In this document: in pieces, positions 49,533-63,867 of the stretch
Layout: the number at the start of each line of letters is the position of its first letter
How positions within the stretch are numbered: position 1 is the stretch's first letter
Assembly: GCA_964035545.1 (NCBI GenBank)
Contig: OZ037769.1
Location: forward strand, 4,507,929-4,571,928
DNA from: Bugula neritina
Taxonomy: Eukaryota; Animalia; Bryozoa
Direction of reading: 5' to 3'
DNA length: 64,000 bases
Made by a program: the position numbers and the translations under genes
The notes under the pieces: generated by a model
The model's database searches: none
What the model saw: the letters and a program-made list of their open reading frames with translations, nothing else
Told to the model about the DNA's origin: nothing

Positions 49533-49626
49533 ACACACACACTCGCGCGCACACTCGAGTGCGCACACACACACACACATACGCACGCACACACGCACGC
49601 ATGCACACACGTACTCACACACACAT
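49533..49626. repeat. (CA)n/(CACG)n microsatellite
   Basis: Directly visible. Confidence 0.9.
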
Positions 49627-50618
49627 TGTGACTCAAAGTTACATGTCCTTGACAACACAGCTGGCTGAAAACAAATCAATATACTATACTTGTAATATAA
49701 CTATATTTTTATTACAACGGCAACTGCCAGTACACTACATATAACATATATTTAGCTTTTAAGAAATGATAACAGTGTTCAAGTATTTAAGTCAGAGTTT
49801 TATACTTTGCATGTACCCTTTTCGCATATATTTATTACTGTATGGATAATTATATGATTGTATAATCAGCAAAATGCTTATGCAATTTGAGTATATTTTA
49901 TGACACTGATTTTGCTTTTGTTTTATATTATTAACTATAATATACAATCAATAAGGGCCCAAAAGTTTAATAACATTCAAATAGCTCTGCTGCAATAAGA
50001 TATTACTTTAATTTTATACTTGTTTAAATGGATATATAGAAAGTAGTTTATGAGTGTATGCATAACAAGTCTGTGGCTACCAATGAATGAACATCGTTGT
50101 AAACATGGGATATGTTGCAATAACAAAAATTGTTCTTATAATGTTGTTATAAGTATGTTTTACATAGAAAACTTTTTATTTTGAAGAGTTGTCGCACTTT
50201 TAAACTTGACATTATAAAAGATAACCAGTAAGACGATAGTCTTATTTTTACAACCTTACTTGTGACGAATTTCGGAATACAAACTCCGAAATGCGAAATG
50301 TTAAAAAGTAGACACTAACGGATGTGAAGAAAAATTACAACACCGATTATTGTTTGCTAAGGACACATCAAATTAATATTATCTTTATCATTATGGAAAC
50401 TACAGTCGCAGGGCCTAGTGGAGACATTCACCTGCAGTTGGTGATGCTCGATTTACAATTTGAATATTACACGCCAACATTTGGTTTTATTTTGTTTTCA
50501 TGTGCGGATCTATTATATTTATTTTAGTTTTAGTTTTAGTCTTATATTTTCAATGATTTAAAATTTAAATCGTTTGTTTGATGTTTCACAGTCACACAAG
50601 TCTGACTTGACAAATGAC

Positions 50619-50655
50619 AAGTTATAGTTGTGACTTAAAGTCACAACTATAACTT
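50619..50655. repeat. Perfect palindrome, 18-bp arms with 1-nt spacer
   Basis: aagttatagttgtgactt-a-aagtcacaactataactt. Confidence 0.9.
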
Positions 50656-52413
50656 TTTATTTTGTTACACTGTAAGTATAACTGTATAAGATTAGGTATT
50701 AGTATAAGATAAAGATGATCTTTTACTTATAGTTGTGTGAAACAAACGAAGATTAGGTAAATAAGTTAAAGTTTTAGTTTATCACTAGTTTATACTATTG
50801 ACTATTCACTGCCATTGCCCAATGTTTTGAACATTATCATCAATTTATGATAATCAAATTCAATGATTATGATTAATCATTTTTTCATTATGATAAAATA
50901 ATGATATAATATAATTTTTAATCAATTAATGTTATATTAATTATATTTATTATTATACTTAATATTTATAATCATATTTTAATTTATCATTATGGTTATA
51001 ATAATCATTATGATAAAGGGATTATCATTATGATATTTGATTTTGATACTGATACAAATAAATGATGATTTAATTTTATGATCACTTAAACTTAACAGCT
51101 AACAGTAACTCACCTCTGTCTCTCCTTGTACAACTAAAAGTTAGAGCACTCTTGTAAAGCTCATAGGGAAGGCAAAATTATAGCTGCCTTTGGCTCTTGT
51201 GTTGCTTTTGTTTGGGTATGTTTAAATAAATCTATTTTACTTATAGTTTTAGGGTGTAGCTAAATTGAGTTTCAAGGTTTTGGTTGAAATTTAATTTTAT
51301 AGTAGACAGTCTAGACATAGTGATAGAAATAGAATTTTAGCACTTATTAAGCTGAGTTTAATATTCATTATGAGGTAGTATCCTCAAATCTCTAAGACTA
51401 ATGCTTCAAGAAAGAAAAACTGTTTTTGTGAAAGGCCGGTAAAAATTCAAAAACAGATACTAGTGCTCTTCTCTTCAAGTTCAACTTCATCATCATGAAA
51501 ATGACCTTGAATTATGATAATTACTATTTTAGTATCAACTTCATCACCATAAATTGTATGAATATCAGTAATTGTCATAATGGTGCAAGTTCAAATAACA
51601 ACTTCAGTTAGGAGCCCTAAAATATTGTGCAGAAGTAATGTAATTATGATTTAGTCACTTACCAGCTAATGATTATTTCCCATCTTGTGTTATAAATTTT
51701 TTGGAAGTTGAACTTTCAATGGTGGAAATGAGCAGTAATTTTATTATATTTTATGGTTAAGGTAGAGAGCCAGTAATAATCATTATAATCTGCTAACAGT
51801 GCGAATAGAAAAGATATTAGGTCATATGTATGTTTTTATTTATATAAGAATATTTCCTTTCAACTTTTTTAATACCTTTATAATTTGAATTTACAGCTGC
51901 CAATGCCGTTTTAATAGACATGCCTGCAAGTACCTATTTTACCTTAATTTCTATTTAATATTGTCCAATCTACTGTTTGTAGTTTTGATTTCTGAGACTT
52001 GATATTCCATTCCTAGATTGACATTGCCATCAGTATATTTACTAAACTATTAAAGTATATACTATACAGCATTATTTAAATTATGTTGTTGTAATATTAC
52101 AGGATACAGTATTATCATTAATAACGTATCTAGAATTTAGTCCCTTAGTATTCACTGTTGGATTTTTTTCCAAGTTTTCACTAACTAAACTGTTAAACCC
52201 TATAAGTTAATATAGTTATCTGTTTGAAAATAAACTACAATAGTTCATTTAAGCTCTTGTATGCTTCAAGCAAAAATATTATTAGTATTTGCTTGTTACT
52301 ATTTCTTATTTGATATCATTGATCTTGTCTCAGTACCTGCATTATAGCTAGCAGTGATATCGTAGTTTATTCATTGCCCAACTGTCACTAAAGATTTAGT
52401 AAATCATTTATAT

Positions 52414-53350
52414 GTGATGGCTCCCGTCAGTTTTGGTCTCTTGGCATTATTCGCTATTGTTAGTTATAAGGGGTTTTATCTATAGTTGTCATAAATAGGT
52501 CAGTTTTAGCTTTTAGTGTGTAATAGTCAATTAACATGTGCTCTTTCTAGCTGTCCAATCAGTTTTGTGATATCTGCTATGGTTTATGAATGATTGGTGT
52601 TTTAATGAGCCATTCCATGGTTGGCAAGCTGGTCACGTGATTAGAACATAATAGCGCGAACTTTAATAATAGTTGAAATAGCGGCGTAGTGTAGAGCGCA
52701 ACGTAATTAGGTATAATTTGACTGAGAATTGTTACTAATAATAAACATGGCGACTGGATCGCGCTGCAAGTTAATAGATAACAGATATTGACAATTTAAA
52801 AGAATGTTTCTACATTGAAAATTAAGGACAAGGACTGAAGAGTAGTGGTGATAATAGTAATGATGAACTTAGTGACAACAGTGATCCAAAAAAGTTAGAT
52901 TTTATTATGAAACCACGTGGCATTATAGTATTAATCTCTCAGGATAATCATCAAAATGTTCTCATTATACTGAACTCAACTTTGAAATATTGATTAGGAT
53001 ACTGCAGATATGAATTTTAAATTAATATTTTCATGATCAGCATAAAAAACCACCCCTAGTAACTAACTTTTGGGCTGATGGAGCTGATTGAAGACACTGT
53101 TGCTAGGTAGATAAACAACGAATTTAGTACAATTTTGAGTCGCCGAACTTTGACTGTTAATTACTCGCAACAATAAAAGGCGTTTGTTGTGGACCGCTGT
53201 GTGTATAACCTGGCATATTTCTGGTTCTATTTGACTGACTTTAAAAATTTAAAGTGCAATGTGATCACAAAGTCCTACTCTATTCACCCACATCAAAAAG
53301 TAAAAATCTTGGATGACCCCCAAGAGACCAAAAATGACAGCAGCCATCAC
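52414..53350 (+). mobile_element. Non-autonomous TIR DNA transposon, 937 bp, ATAT flanks (possibly Sola-type)
   Basis: ATAT|gtgatggctcccgtcagttttggtctcttgg ... ccaagagaccaaaaatgacagcagccatcac|ATAT (31-bp TIR, 3 mismatches). Decayed ORF start at 52747 followed by an acidic SSGDNSNDELSDNSD stretch. Confidence 0.8.
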
Positions 53351-53714
53351 ATATTCATGTTGTAATGTAGTCCTGATATGCAGTGTCAATGTAATTATGA
53401 TGATGGTTTCATGGAATTTTTTACAGTAGTTATAAGGCTAGTGCTGCTATTTCACTTGAGTGCCTATAGTAATTAGTACTACAATGAAACTTGCAGCATT
53501 AATAAATATACATGTGATCAGATATTTCTGTATTGATAGGAATTGAATGATTTGCTGTAAAAAGAGGCGGACCTTAAGCTTTCCATATTTCTAAGTCAGC
53601 ATGCCACTTTGGTAGACCTGCTGACAGGCAGCTAGTTTGCTGAGCTGATTGTAGAGTAAGTACTACTGGTTACCACAATTCATTTATTCTATACCCTCAC
53701 ATCTCAATTAGGCT

Positions 53715-53855
53715 TCTCAACTAACCCTGTCCTTAGCATTCTCTTCCTTGAAGGAACATGATTTAAGATCTTTCCTGATTGTATCCTGCCATCTATGCTT
53801 TGGGCATCCTGATTTCTCTTTCCTTTAACTCTCATCTCATATACTCTTCTGACAT
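53715..53855 (-). mobile_element. Decayed 3' fragment of an RTE-clade LINE ORF
   Basis: Minus strand translates, with frameshifts, RRVYEMRVKGKRN/GCPKHRWQDTIRKDLKS...NAKDRVS. This matches the RTE C-terminal pattern GKRxRGRPxxRWxDxxxxDL...AxDRxxW. Confidence 0.7.
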
Positions 53856-54775
53856 TTATTTTATATGTTGTAACTTAAATTATCTTTCATCTACCAAATT
53901 GAAACCTGTATATTTTCTAATTACTTTGGCATTAAAAGTATATATATTAGAAACTATGTTTGATCAGAAGCTACCCTGTAATTGAACAAGGGTTTATTCC
54001 CGAAAGTGTAGTACCTGAGCTAGCAGTAAATCCAGCAGTTTTTATAATGGTGTATCATTGTGCAGATAACTCTGTACTTTTGTAGTGAATTTCTAAGGTT
54101 TTCTGTTGGTTATATTTGACTTAAAAAACATATCCCTGCTTATTTGGCCCTCCTACCCTATCTGAATTATTCTTAGCCACTGTCTTGCGGTAGTTGTTAT
54201 CACAAAAATTCGCTAAGGAACTCCTTTGACACCTACTTCACACTATCAGTGTTTTTATTGCGAGAATAAGTTGTTTTAATCCTTCAGATCTCTTGCTGAA
54301 GTAGGTGATAGTAAACACTGAGTTTCCATTGCCTCTAACTGGTGCTCATACGGATGAATTTGTGGTTGCTGTTTGCATTAATTTATGGTTGTGGTTTTAT
54401 TCAATGCAACTATTTCCCAACATAGAATGAAAAATCTATTAAAGCAAAAGGCAATGGAACCGCAGTGATAGTCTCTACAGTGTTTTCAATATTATAATAT
54501 ATAATAAACGAAATTTTGCAGGAACAATTTTTTGGTTCTTCCATAATCCAGTTCATATGTCCTTTATAATGTAGTCTAAAGGTGACCAGGTTCTGCCTAT
54601 CAAGTTATATGTCAGTGTAGGTGTGAGAAGTTACCTATGTGTGAGTCTACTAGTGCCACTATTGACTATGGGTAAGCCTGTCTCACCTTAACTTGAACTG
54701 AATACATGATGACCTGTAGTTGCCGATCATCACTACTCTCTCAAGGGCTGACAGAATCCAAGTTCCAGTGACAAC

Positions 54776-57700
54776 ATGGCAGTCATAAGAGTGAATAGAA
54801 ACACTAAGACAGTGGTGAGGGTGTTAGTTGGATTCGGTGCCTTCTGGCTATTGGTCAGCATTATCTTCATCAAATCGTCATCCGATGACAACAGACCTCC
54901 CCAGTTACGGAGGTAGGATTATCAACTTCCTGTTCTTTCAAAATTTCTGAAATTGCCGAACCTGTATATTATTTTATCTGTAGTCTCTGTAATAATTAGG
55001 TGAATGCCCTGATAGGCCTGTTGCTCAAGAGTTTAAATGTGGAGTATGCAAGCATTTATCTTGTCATTTCACTTCCATGTCTCTATGAGCTATTAGGTGA
55101 TGTACTCATTGCTAAGTGCTTTGCACTACCACTAACCTTTAATCCTAGATATGTACAAACTCTGTAGAGTGTATTTTAAGGCCTGTTGTAGATGGAGACA
55201 ACATACAAAGAGTAACTATAAGTATGCCCTGTATCTATGATGATATATGTATATGTGCTCTTCCCATTACTAACTTATTGTCGGTTAACCTGTCAAATGC
55301 AGTACATTGCTCAATAATACCAGTAGCAATTATGACTAGTATGTGTTCCTAATGATAATTTAATACTTCCATTTGTCGGGACCTTTTTAAATTAATTTTT
55401 AATGGCTGGGCGGTTGACAGTTTATTTGCAGGAATATCAACTAGGTGGACATTTTTACTCTCAAGTCGTAGAAAGTTGACAAATTTTGCACTCTGATGAG
55501 CTGCATCAAGATCAAAGTTAAATGTTAAACTTTTTTTGAGAAAGAAAGTGGAAAAAGGTTCATTTTGAAACTGTATAATTCCAATTATACCCCATACTGG
55601 GCTTGGAGGGTACAGTAGAGGTTATGGTAAAAGGCTGTAATTACTTTTTTTGCTTTAAAACTAACTTTTATTAACTTTGTCAAACCCTTACAGCATTCTA
55701 ATACCTGCCCATTTATAATATTGTTACGCCAATTAGAATTATTGGATAATGTTGCGCTGGTGGCGTGCCTGATCCTTTAATGTTTCTACATTTCCTACAC
55801 TTTGAGATGAAATATTTACCTCTCAATATGAGCAACCAGGGACTGAACATTCTGCGATGGTGGTCTAAACTGTTGCTTTATATAGCTTTGTTATTGTGCC
55901 ATGCCATCGGGGAGGAGGGGATATTTTTTATTTTCTGTTTTTCCCCCAACAAACCTGTGAATTCTGTCTATTTAGCAATGAATAGTAATAGACCATAATT
56001 ATTCTCTTGGCAAAATAAAAGTCTGGCAATGGTGTATTAATTGACTGCCCAGCCTTCGTAGGCTATGTTTAGTTAGAAATGGGTCTCTAGGGAAGACCTG
56101 GCTGATAATAAACACATGTAGCAACAGGTAGCTGGCTGCAGGGAAAGAGCCAGGCTTAACCTTGAGCCAGAGAGTCCCCAAGGCCTATTTATAACTTTGT
56201 AAGAAATCCTAAATATACCCGGATATACCTTGACCTGAATCATAGTTATAGTTAGTATCCCAGCAAATGGGTAAATCTACATCTTTTTGTGATATGCAGG
56301 AGGAATTTAGGAATGCCAACTGAGTGGCTATAGTTTATAAAGGATACAACTGATAGCCAGTTTCTATTCCTTAGTAGTAGGTATTAGTAGCAGGTCTGTA
56401 ATAATGAGTATTTAAAAGTGAGTATTTAGTAATGAGTGTTTAGTAATGAGTATTTAGCAATGAGTATTTAGTAATGAGTGTTTAGTAATGTGTATTTAAA
56501 AGTAAGTATTTAGTAATGAGTCTTTAAAAGTAAGTATTTAGAAGTAAATTATTAGAAGTATGTATTTAGAAGTGTATAATGACAAATAACATGATGGTAG
56601 TCCTTAGTAGTAATCCTTTAGTAGTAATTCCTTAGTAATATTGTAAAGAAGTAGTACCTAGTTATCTTACTTGATAAGAATTCTTAACTAACTAGTAAGA
56701 TATGGTGGTAAGTTAGGATATTATCCTATTTTCTAGCCATCGTGGAACTGTGATTCCTCGTTGATTAAGGCTTTCTTAAAACTGCTGCAAGTTTTTCCGC
56801 AGATCTTTAAAGGGAGATGCTGCAGTATAAATAGTGACAGCTCCCACCCAATAGAATGCTAATTAGTAGGTTATTGGTTGTTAGCTTCAGAGACCTGGTA
56901 ACTGTGACACCCAGCTGCTTTCAACTATAATCCCAGGCTATGTTTTGGTGGGCTATATTTGTGTGCCAAATCCTGTCGGGTGACCCAGAGTTAAGAGAAA
57001 CTAAGGCTAGTTGTGGATCTCGTTGCAGGCCGAGAGCAGATCTGGAGCAGTTCAAACCCGCCCAACCTTCTAAGAAGTTTGAGTTTCCTCAGGTTCCCCT
57101 CCTACAGAAGCCTCTGGCAAAAGTGGCTGGGCTTTTCCAGTCTGAACCTGATAGAAACATCATACCTCCACCTCTACACATACAGTTGAAGAAGCCAAAT
57201 GTTAATCCAAATGCACCCGGTAACATTTCCAGAATATTCTATACTACTGCATACTACATCAAACTCTTTCTTGCTAGTCTATGGATATTCAATAATTTTT
57301 ATTTAATTTTCCTAGCTGGGTAATGTACATTGTTATATTGTGCTAGTCTATTCTTATCAGGCTTTTTTCTTATCACTTTTGTTCCTAATAATTAGGGCAG
57401 TATACAACTTAATATTTGTATTACCAACTAGTTATATTCAACAGTAAAGTTATCTATATATGTTATGAGGAGAAAGGCTAAGTGAATAAAATGATGTTTT
57501 CTTTTAGGCACAAGGATAGGGATAAAGGTCTGATTGCATACTTTTTAAACTGCTTGGTGACACTATTTTTAAAAAAATACTTGTTTAATTTATTGTTATA
57601 ATAGTATTATAATTTATATTTCTTGATTTGATAATACAGGCGTATAGCACAGTGCTGCTAAACATTAAGGTGGTCTCTACGTTAGCGATTCTCACTATAT

Positions 57701-60700
57701 ACAGTCACCAGGAAGGGTTACTCCTTTTAGCTATCTGGGTTTAGCTGTTACTTCCTGTAATATATGGCTTATATAAAGTTTTAGTGAGTCAAGTAAAAGC
57801 ATTAAACTGTGTCATCATATTCTCATTATCTTGTTTATCCGACTGACTTTGCCAATACATTTCCTTTACAAAAGGCTGCAAGTTATTACCAAGAAAGGCT
57901 TGTATTGCTGTTAGAAAGTTGTCCTCCCCATTTATAAGAGGTTCAATTTTCACTAAATCTATAAATAGATAAACTCTAGTCTAGTATTTTATCCGTGAAA
58001 CTGTTTTTGCGAAGGTCCCAGGTGTCATGCGATGGTATGTATGCATGAATTATTCAGTGTGGTGGGCCATCCCAGCGAAGTAGACACTCTGGTATAGAAT
58101 TGTACCTTCAGCAAAGCCTATGCATCAGTTGGCCCTCTCATACAATATGACTGTAGTAATGATAGAACTATTAGTAAAAATAGTAGATATAGTGAAAGTA
58201 GTTTTATAAACTAGTTATAGTTATATTGTATATAAAATACTTGTTGTGTAGTTGATATGATATAGCAGTGGAAGTAAACAGTTGTTGTACCAAGTGTTTA
58301 TTGTGTATTCAATGTCCTCCCATATAAGTTACTATTTTACTGGTTTTTTTTAAATTGTGTAAAATTAGGTGCATATTTATTGTGTGTATTTCTTTTTAAG
58401 ATTATTTTGCCATGAGTATTTTTACATTAGATTTTCAGCATTTATCTAAAAAATGAGCATTATTGGAAAATTTAAGCTGTCTGAATTTTGTAGCCATTAT
58501 GGAACATTTTCTAAATTAATGGTTATTTTAGTTTTTCGAAGAACGCAATAGAAATACACTCAGTTTCTTTATGAAACTTGGTAATTCTTTACTCTTAGTC
58601 ATGTTTTACTAGCATTACCTTTTAATTAAAGTTAAATTAGATTTAAATACATGGTAGAGTTTGTTTTTGTATCCTTTTAGGGGAAATGGGTAAAGCAGTT
58701 GACATAAATAAAGATGACCTATCTCCAGATGAGAGAAAGAAATATGATGAAGGTTTCCATGCCAACGCATTTAACGAGTACGCTAGTAACATGATTTCAG
58801 TGCACAGACAGCTACCAGACATAAGGGATCCAGAGTATGTATGTCTCCCTCTACACCCAATCTTATTATTTGTCATAAGACCAGCATTTCCTGTGCTTTG
58901 ATTACCTCATCTGACGTCGAACATGGGCGTGGAGACCCTGAAGACACACTTGTCTTTCAATTGATGTACAAATCTGAAGTTACTCATCTACAGGGATATT
59001 TCACTCAGATCTGTAATCATGACTTTGTTAATATGTATTAAAACTAACTCCTCACAGTTAGTATGCATGTGTACATGCATGTATATATATTGTATTTCAG
59101 GCAAACAAGATTTCTCTCCAAGTAACCTCTGTGTCATTCTTGTTAGTGATAGTTATAGCCTCAACTTTCTAGCTCGTTTAGATTCCGTGGTCATTTTTAA
59201 CTTCCCTGGCTGTATGGGGTAAAGAGGGTGTAAGGGGTAAAGGGGGTGTAAGGGGTAAAAAGGGTGTAAGGGGTAAAGGGGTTGTAAGGGGTAAAGGGGG
59301 TGTAAGGGATAAAGGGGGTTGCAGATGTTTTGACTCTAAAGAGGTTGTTGTAAGTGTTTAAACTTTGGGAGGTGTGGCTGTGTCTTTTCTTACTCTAGAG
59401 GTAGGGTGGGCTTACTACCTTCCCACACCCTCATCCGTTATACTTGTCCAGTAGAACTCTAACTGTATTACTACTCAAGTAGAACTCTGTCAGTGTAACA
59501 ACAAACATCAAAGTACCTTGAGTATTTCCAACTGGACTACATTTTATGTTCTACTAAGTAACATCTTTGAAGATAGTTTTAGGTCTATCACATTGTAAGG
59601 TGACACGATTTAGATTTCACTTGTGACTATGTTTAAACAACTAGCAATGCTGAGACATCTTGAACAGGTTGGTTTTGCTAAGAGTACGTGTTCATTTCTC
59701 TCACCATTTTTTAGATGTAGCGCAATTAAATATGCAAAGAATCTGCCAGACACCAGCGTTATTCTGTGTTTCCATAACGAGGCTTGGTCGGTGCTGCTTC
59801 GGTCTGTCCACAGCATCATAGACAGATCTGATCCTAAACTCCTCAAGGAAATCATTCTGGTTGATGACTTCTCAGATAAACGTAATTATACATTATAATA
59901 TAATTATATATTATAATATAATTATATATTATAATATAATTATATATTATAATATAATTATATATTATAATATAATTATATATTATAATATAATTATATA
60001 TATATATATATATGTGTTTTCAAACAGGAATTGTAATGGCTTGGTGACTTGTAATACACAGTAGCTAGAGTTTAAATGAAAATGAAAATAAAAGACAATA
60101 TTTATACATCAACATAATGATTATTTTGTCTTCAATTATCCAAAACTACTATTCCTAATACAATTTATTGATTGCAATTTCGCTGCATCTAAAATACTAA
60201 TTATTTTACACCCTGTTACCATGATTGAATATAAATATAATGAAGTCTTTAATTATAGTTGCAGCTTAAGGAAGTACAACATAATAATTCAATAATTCTT
60301 TTAGTAATAATTGTAATGAAATAAAAATAATTTTTTGCATCCAACATAAAACTGAATGATAATAGTAGGTAATAAGAGTGTTATTTCAAGTAATGCAATC
60401 TCAGAAATTGACTGTTGTTTACTTTTAATTAAAAACTATTGTTTATGAGAATCAATAATTATTTTTAGTGTACAAATTTATTTCACATTGTACTGTTAAC
60501 TCATTCAAGCTGAAATTGGTAACGATTTCATTTCATAATAAACCTGTACTTTCTAGCTCATCTTGGAGAGAAGCTGAAGAAATATATGGATGAGTTGAAG
60601 ATAGTTACCATAGTAAGGATGTCTCAGAGGGAGGGGTTGATCAGGGCCCGACTTGCTGGTGCTAGAGCAGCTTCGGGAACTGTGCTAACTTTTCTTGACT

Positions 60701-63700
60701 CCCACATTGAGTGTACAGAAGGTAAGCAGACTATTGCTATTATAAACTCTTTATGTGTTCTCCTCCGTGTTATATTTGTGTTCTTCATGTGTTATGTGTA
60801 TTTTCTATGTGTATGTTTGTTTGTTGGTTTGTTTTTATTTTGTCGCAGTCGGAAAAAAAATTAATTGAGAAAAAATAAACAAAATGACAGGGCCTATGGC
60901 GCAATAGCACTGTAGCTGTGATGTGACCTTGTTGAGTGGTCTGGACTTTATCCAATTATAATTGTTCTTTGCTCAGTCTTTGAATTAAAAACTTTTCTTA
61001 TGTAATTATAGACTGCTAATAGTTTATTTCCAAAACACACTCAAGTGTTGAAACCATATTTGTCAAAAATTTATTTTTGTCTAATTACCCACCTGACACG
61101 TAATCTTTTATCACCTGATGAAGGATCTGTTTATTTGGGCTAATTTGTGTGAACTTTAGTAATTATATTGATAGTACATGTCCTTGTGAAGCTGGTGTCT
61201 GCATAGTGTTGGAGGAAAGGCTAAATTAATTGTCATTTTATTCTCATTAATTACATAAAAGAATTAATTTACCTCTGGTGTTAAGTGCTTGCTATAAGCT
61301 GATACATAAAACACTTTGTTTCATCAACACCTAATATTAATATAATTGTTATGTAACATTAGAATGTAATTATTGAGATCATCACAATGATTATTATGTT
61401 AGTAATAATAATATTTAATATAATGTATAGAATAGAATGCATATAATATTTACTGAGTACTCATTGCTATAAACCCAACTGCCACTAAAGGCAAAGTAGA
61501 TGTTAGGATTTATTTATAATATATTTTTGTTGTACAATGCATAACACCCAGGGAACAGCAACTGTGCCAAACTTTTTATCATCCAGGAGTTTGATTTGGA
61601 TAAATAGTGCAACAATTATTACTCACATAATCTTGCTTGTTAATTTTAAAATTCAGGTGGTATACCTGTATACATACATGCATACAGGTATGCATGTATG
61701 TACACACACGCAAGCACACACACGCAGCAGCAAATATTCGATTAAATGTCTGCAACAGATTTTATTATAGGAATTCTGTCTGTTATATGCGTATCTAGCC
61801 CAGCTGTACTCTACAGATTTATGGTACTTGTTAATTAGGTTAACAATCGTATTAATTAGAGCATGTTCAGTGAGATATTTTTAAATATGTGGGCACCTCT
61901 GGGAAGACTATCTTTAAAACACATGCAGATATTTCCAGATGATGTAAACTGTTGTAAGAAATCTCAGTGGAATAAACTGTCTACTGACGGTTAAAATGCA
62001 TAGAGTGTACTTAATAATTCTTACTTGTCACTTGCACAATAACTAAATTACTTGATATAACCAGCCTAAGGCACTGTAATCTCTTAACTGTAACTTACTA
62101 AATGACTGTTCTAGATTACTTAGCATATCATCATAACTTACAACTCAAAACTTGGTAACAAAATGAATATAAAGAAGTCCCCATTCACCAGACAGGATGG
62201 CAAGAATAAACTTACTAATCGGAAATGCTCTAAGATATGTACATTTTTGTCTAGACACATTTAGCTGCTGGAAATTTGTTACACTGGTGTGTCTATGCAG
62301 GGTGGTTGGAGCCTCTGTTAGATGAGATAAATCGAGACAAGACCATTGTTGTTACTCCAGTCATTGATGTGATAGATGACACTACACTAAAGTTTCACTA
62401 CGGAAGTGCAAAGCATACGAGTGTCGGAGGTTTTGACTGGAACCTGCAGTTCAACTGGCACTCCATTCCCGATAGAGAAAACAAGAGACGTAAAAGTGAG
62501 GTGAGAAAATATCTGTGGCTTCTTGACTCCAGCTGATCAGAACTGCAACATCTGATCATGAGTCCATTCTTCTTTTTAGTATCGAAGTCAATCTTCAATA
62601 TACTGGCTCAAAGTTCAACTGGAGTTAGTAGTTAAATTTTTCAAGACAGATTTCTGTAAAAAAAAGTTTTTATGGCGTATAATATGAAATTGCACAAATT
62701 TATTCATTTTATTAAATGAGTTTTCACCAATTATCGTGTTACTTGGAGTTATCGTACAGTGCAGAAGGGTAGATGGGGAGAAAACTCCCATTTTGTTGAC
62801 ATCTTCACTATTGTATTCTTATATCTAACAACAAATCAATTCTATGTATAAAATTTTAAACACAATTCCGATGATACACGCATTTAGGTGGCGCCTATAC
62901 ACTCCCCCACCATGGCAGGGGGTTTATTCTCCATCAGCCGGGAGTATTTCGTGGAACTGGGCACCTACGATGCTGGGATGGATATTTGGGGCGGTGAGAA
63001 TCTAGAGATGTCCTTCAGAATATGGATGTGCGGTGGAACTCTAGAAACTATACCCTGCTCCCATGTTGGACATATATTCAGGTTAGGGCTAGAATTTCTA
63101 TTTAGTATTTATTTTGAATTTTACTTCTAGTTTGAATATCCGAATCTTACATCATTCACCCTCTAAGTTTTATTTATTCCTCATGTAAAGATATGATGAA
63201 GGTTCTCTTTATCAGGTTTAATCTGCTGGACATGCATATTAACATCCCAACATCATGTGGTTCTCATTATGTCCAGTTATGTTTTTGTGTTTATCTTTTA
63301 TTGTTTTCATATTTCAAGCTAAACTTTTGTAGAAAGCGAAGTCCCTATAAATGGAAAGATGGAGAAAATGTAGTTAGAAAGAACTCAATTCGTTTAGCGG
63401 AAGTTTGGATGGATGACTACAAGCACTATTATTATGAAAGAATAAACAATGATCTAGTAAGTGTAATGATTGTGTGCTTTATGATGCTGTACGTTTAGGA
63501 TTTTGAGTGTGTATATTCTTGCAGTCTCTTGGTATATGTGTTGAACCTCGTGTACATTTTGAGGTAACTTTATAATGCTGCATATTCAAATCAATTTTCA
63601 TTTCTAACAAGGTTTGTTTTAACGATTATAAATTTTTAACAACATTTTTTAGAATATCATATACTCGTAGTAATAAGTGGTTTCTCTGTACTGCTCCACC

Positions 63701-63867
63701 TTAGCTAACAGTTGTATTCTGTATACTTTGTCGTTCAGGGAAATTATGGAGATATTTCATCTCGTAAAGAGTTGCGTAAGAAACTGAACTGCAAGTCATT
63801 TGACTGGTACATAAAGAATGTGTTCCCTGAGCTCTTCATACCTGATGAGGCCATCTTTTCAGGAGAG
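54776..63867 (+). CDS. GALNT: Polypeptide N-acetylgalactosaminyltransferase (GT27; most like the invertebrate pgant9/gly-5 group), partial; ricin-lectin exons lie beyond the window
   Basis: Exons: 54776-54912 (type II TM anchor), 57029-57219, 58681-58834, 59715-59881, 60557-60721, 62301-62500, 62888-63081, 63333-63456, 63739-63867, in phase. Motifs [48 protein letters not shown] (DxH), [30 protein letters not shown]. Confidence 0.95.
56406..56573. repeat. 14-bp minisatellite, ~12 units (GAGTATTTAGTAAT)
   Basis: Head-to-tail units gagtatttaaaagt / gagtatttagtaat / gagtgtttagtaat... Confidence 0.9.
59211..59320. repeat. G-rich 18-bp minisatellite, ~6 units (TGTAAGGGGTAAAGGGGG)
   Basis: Directly visible tandem units in GALNT intron 3. 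Confidence 0.92.
59883..60013. repeat. AT-only 18-bp minisatellite followed by (TA)n, starting at the GALNT exon 4 donor
   Basis: (taattatatattataata) x ~6 then tatatata. Confidence 0.92.

Noticed and set aside
51371-51386. let-7-like TGAGGTAGTA (also TGAGGTAGT at 43861)
   Set aside because: Only the first 9-10 nt match, and there is no pre-miRNA-length hairpin.
56406-56573. Regularly spaced repeats as a CRISPR-like array (also 59211-59320, 59883-60013)
   Set aside because: Head-to-tail minisatellites with no unique spacers, in a eukaryotic intron with no cas genes.
58669-58680. U12-type donor GTATCCTTT (also ATATCCTT at 29044)
   Set aside because: The first is simply the pyrimidine tract of the GALNT exon 3 acceptor. 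The second has no supporting exon or partner acceptor. All reconstructed introns are ordinary GT-AG.
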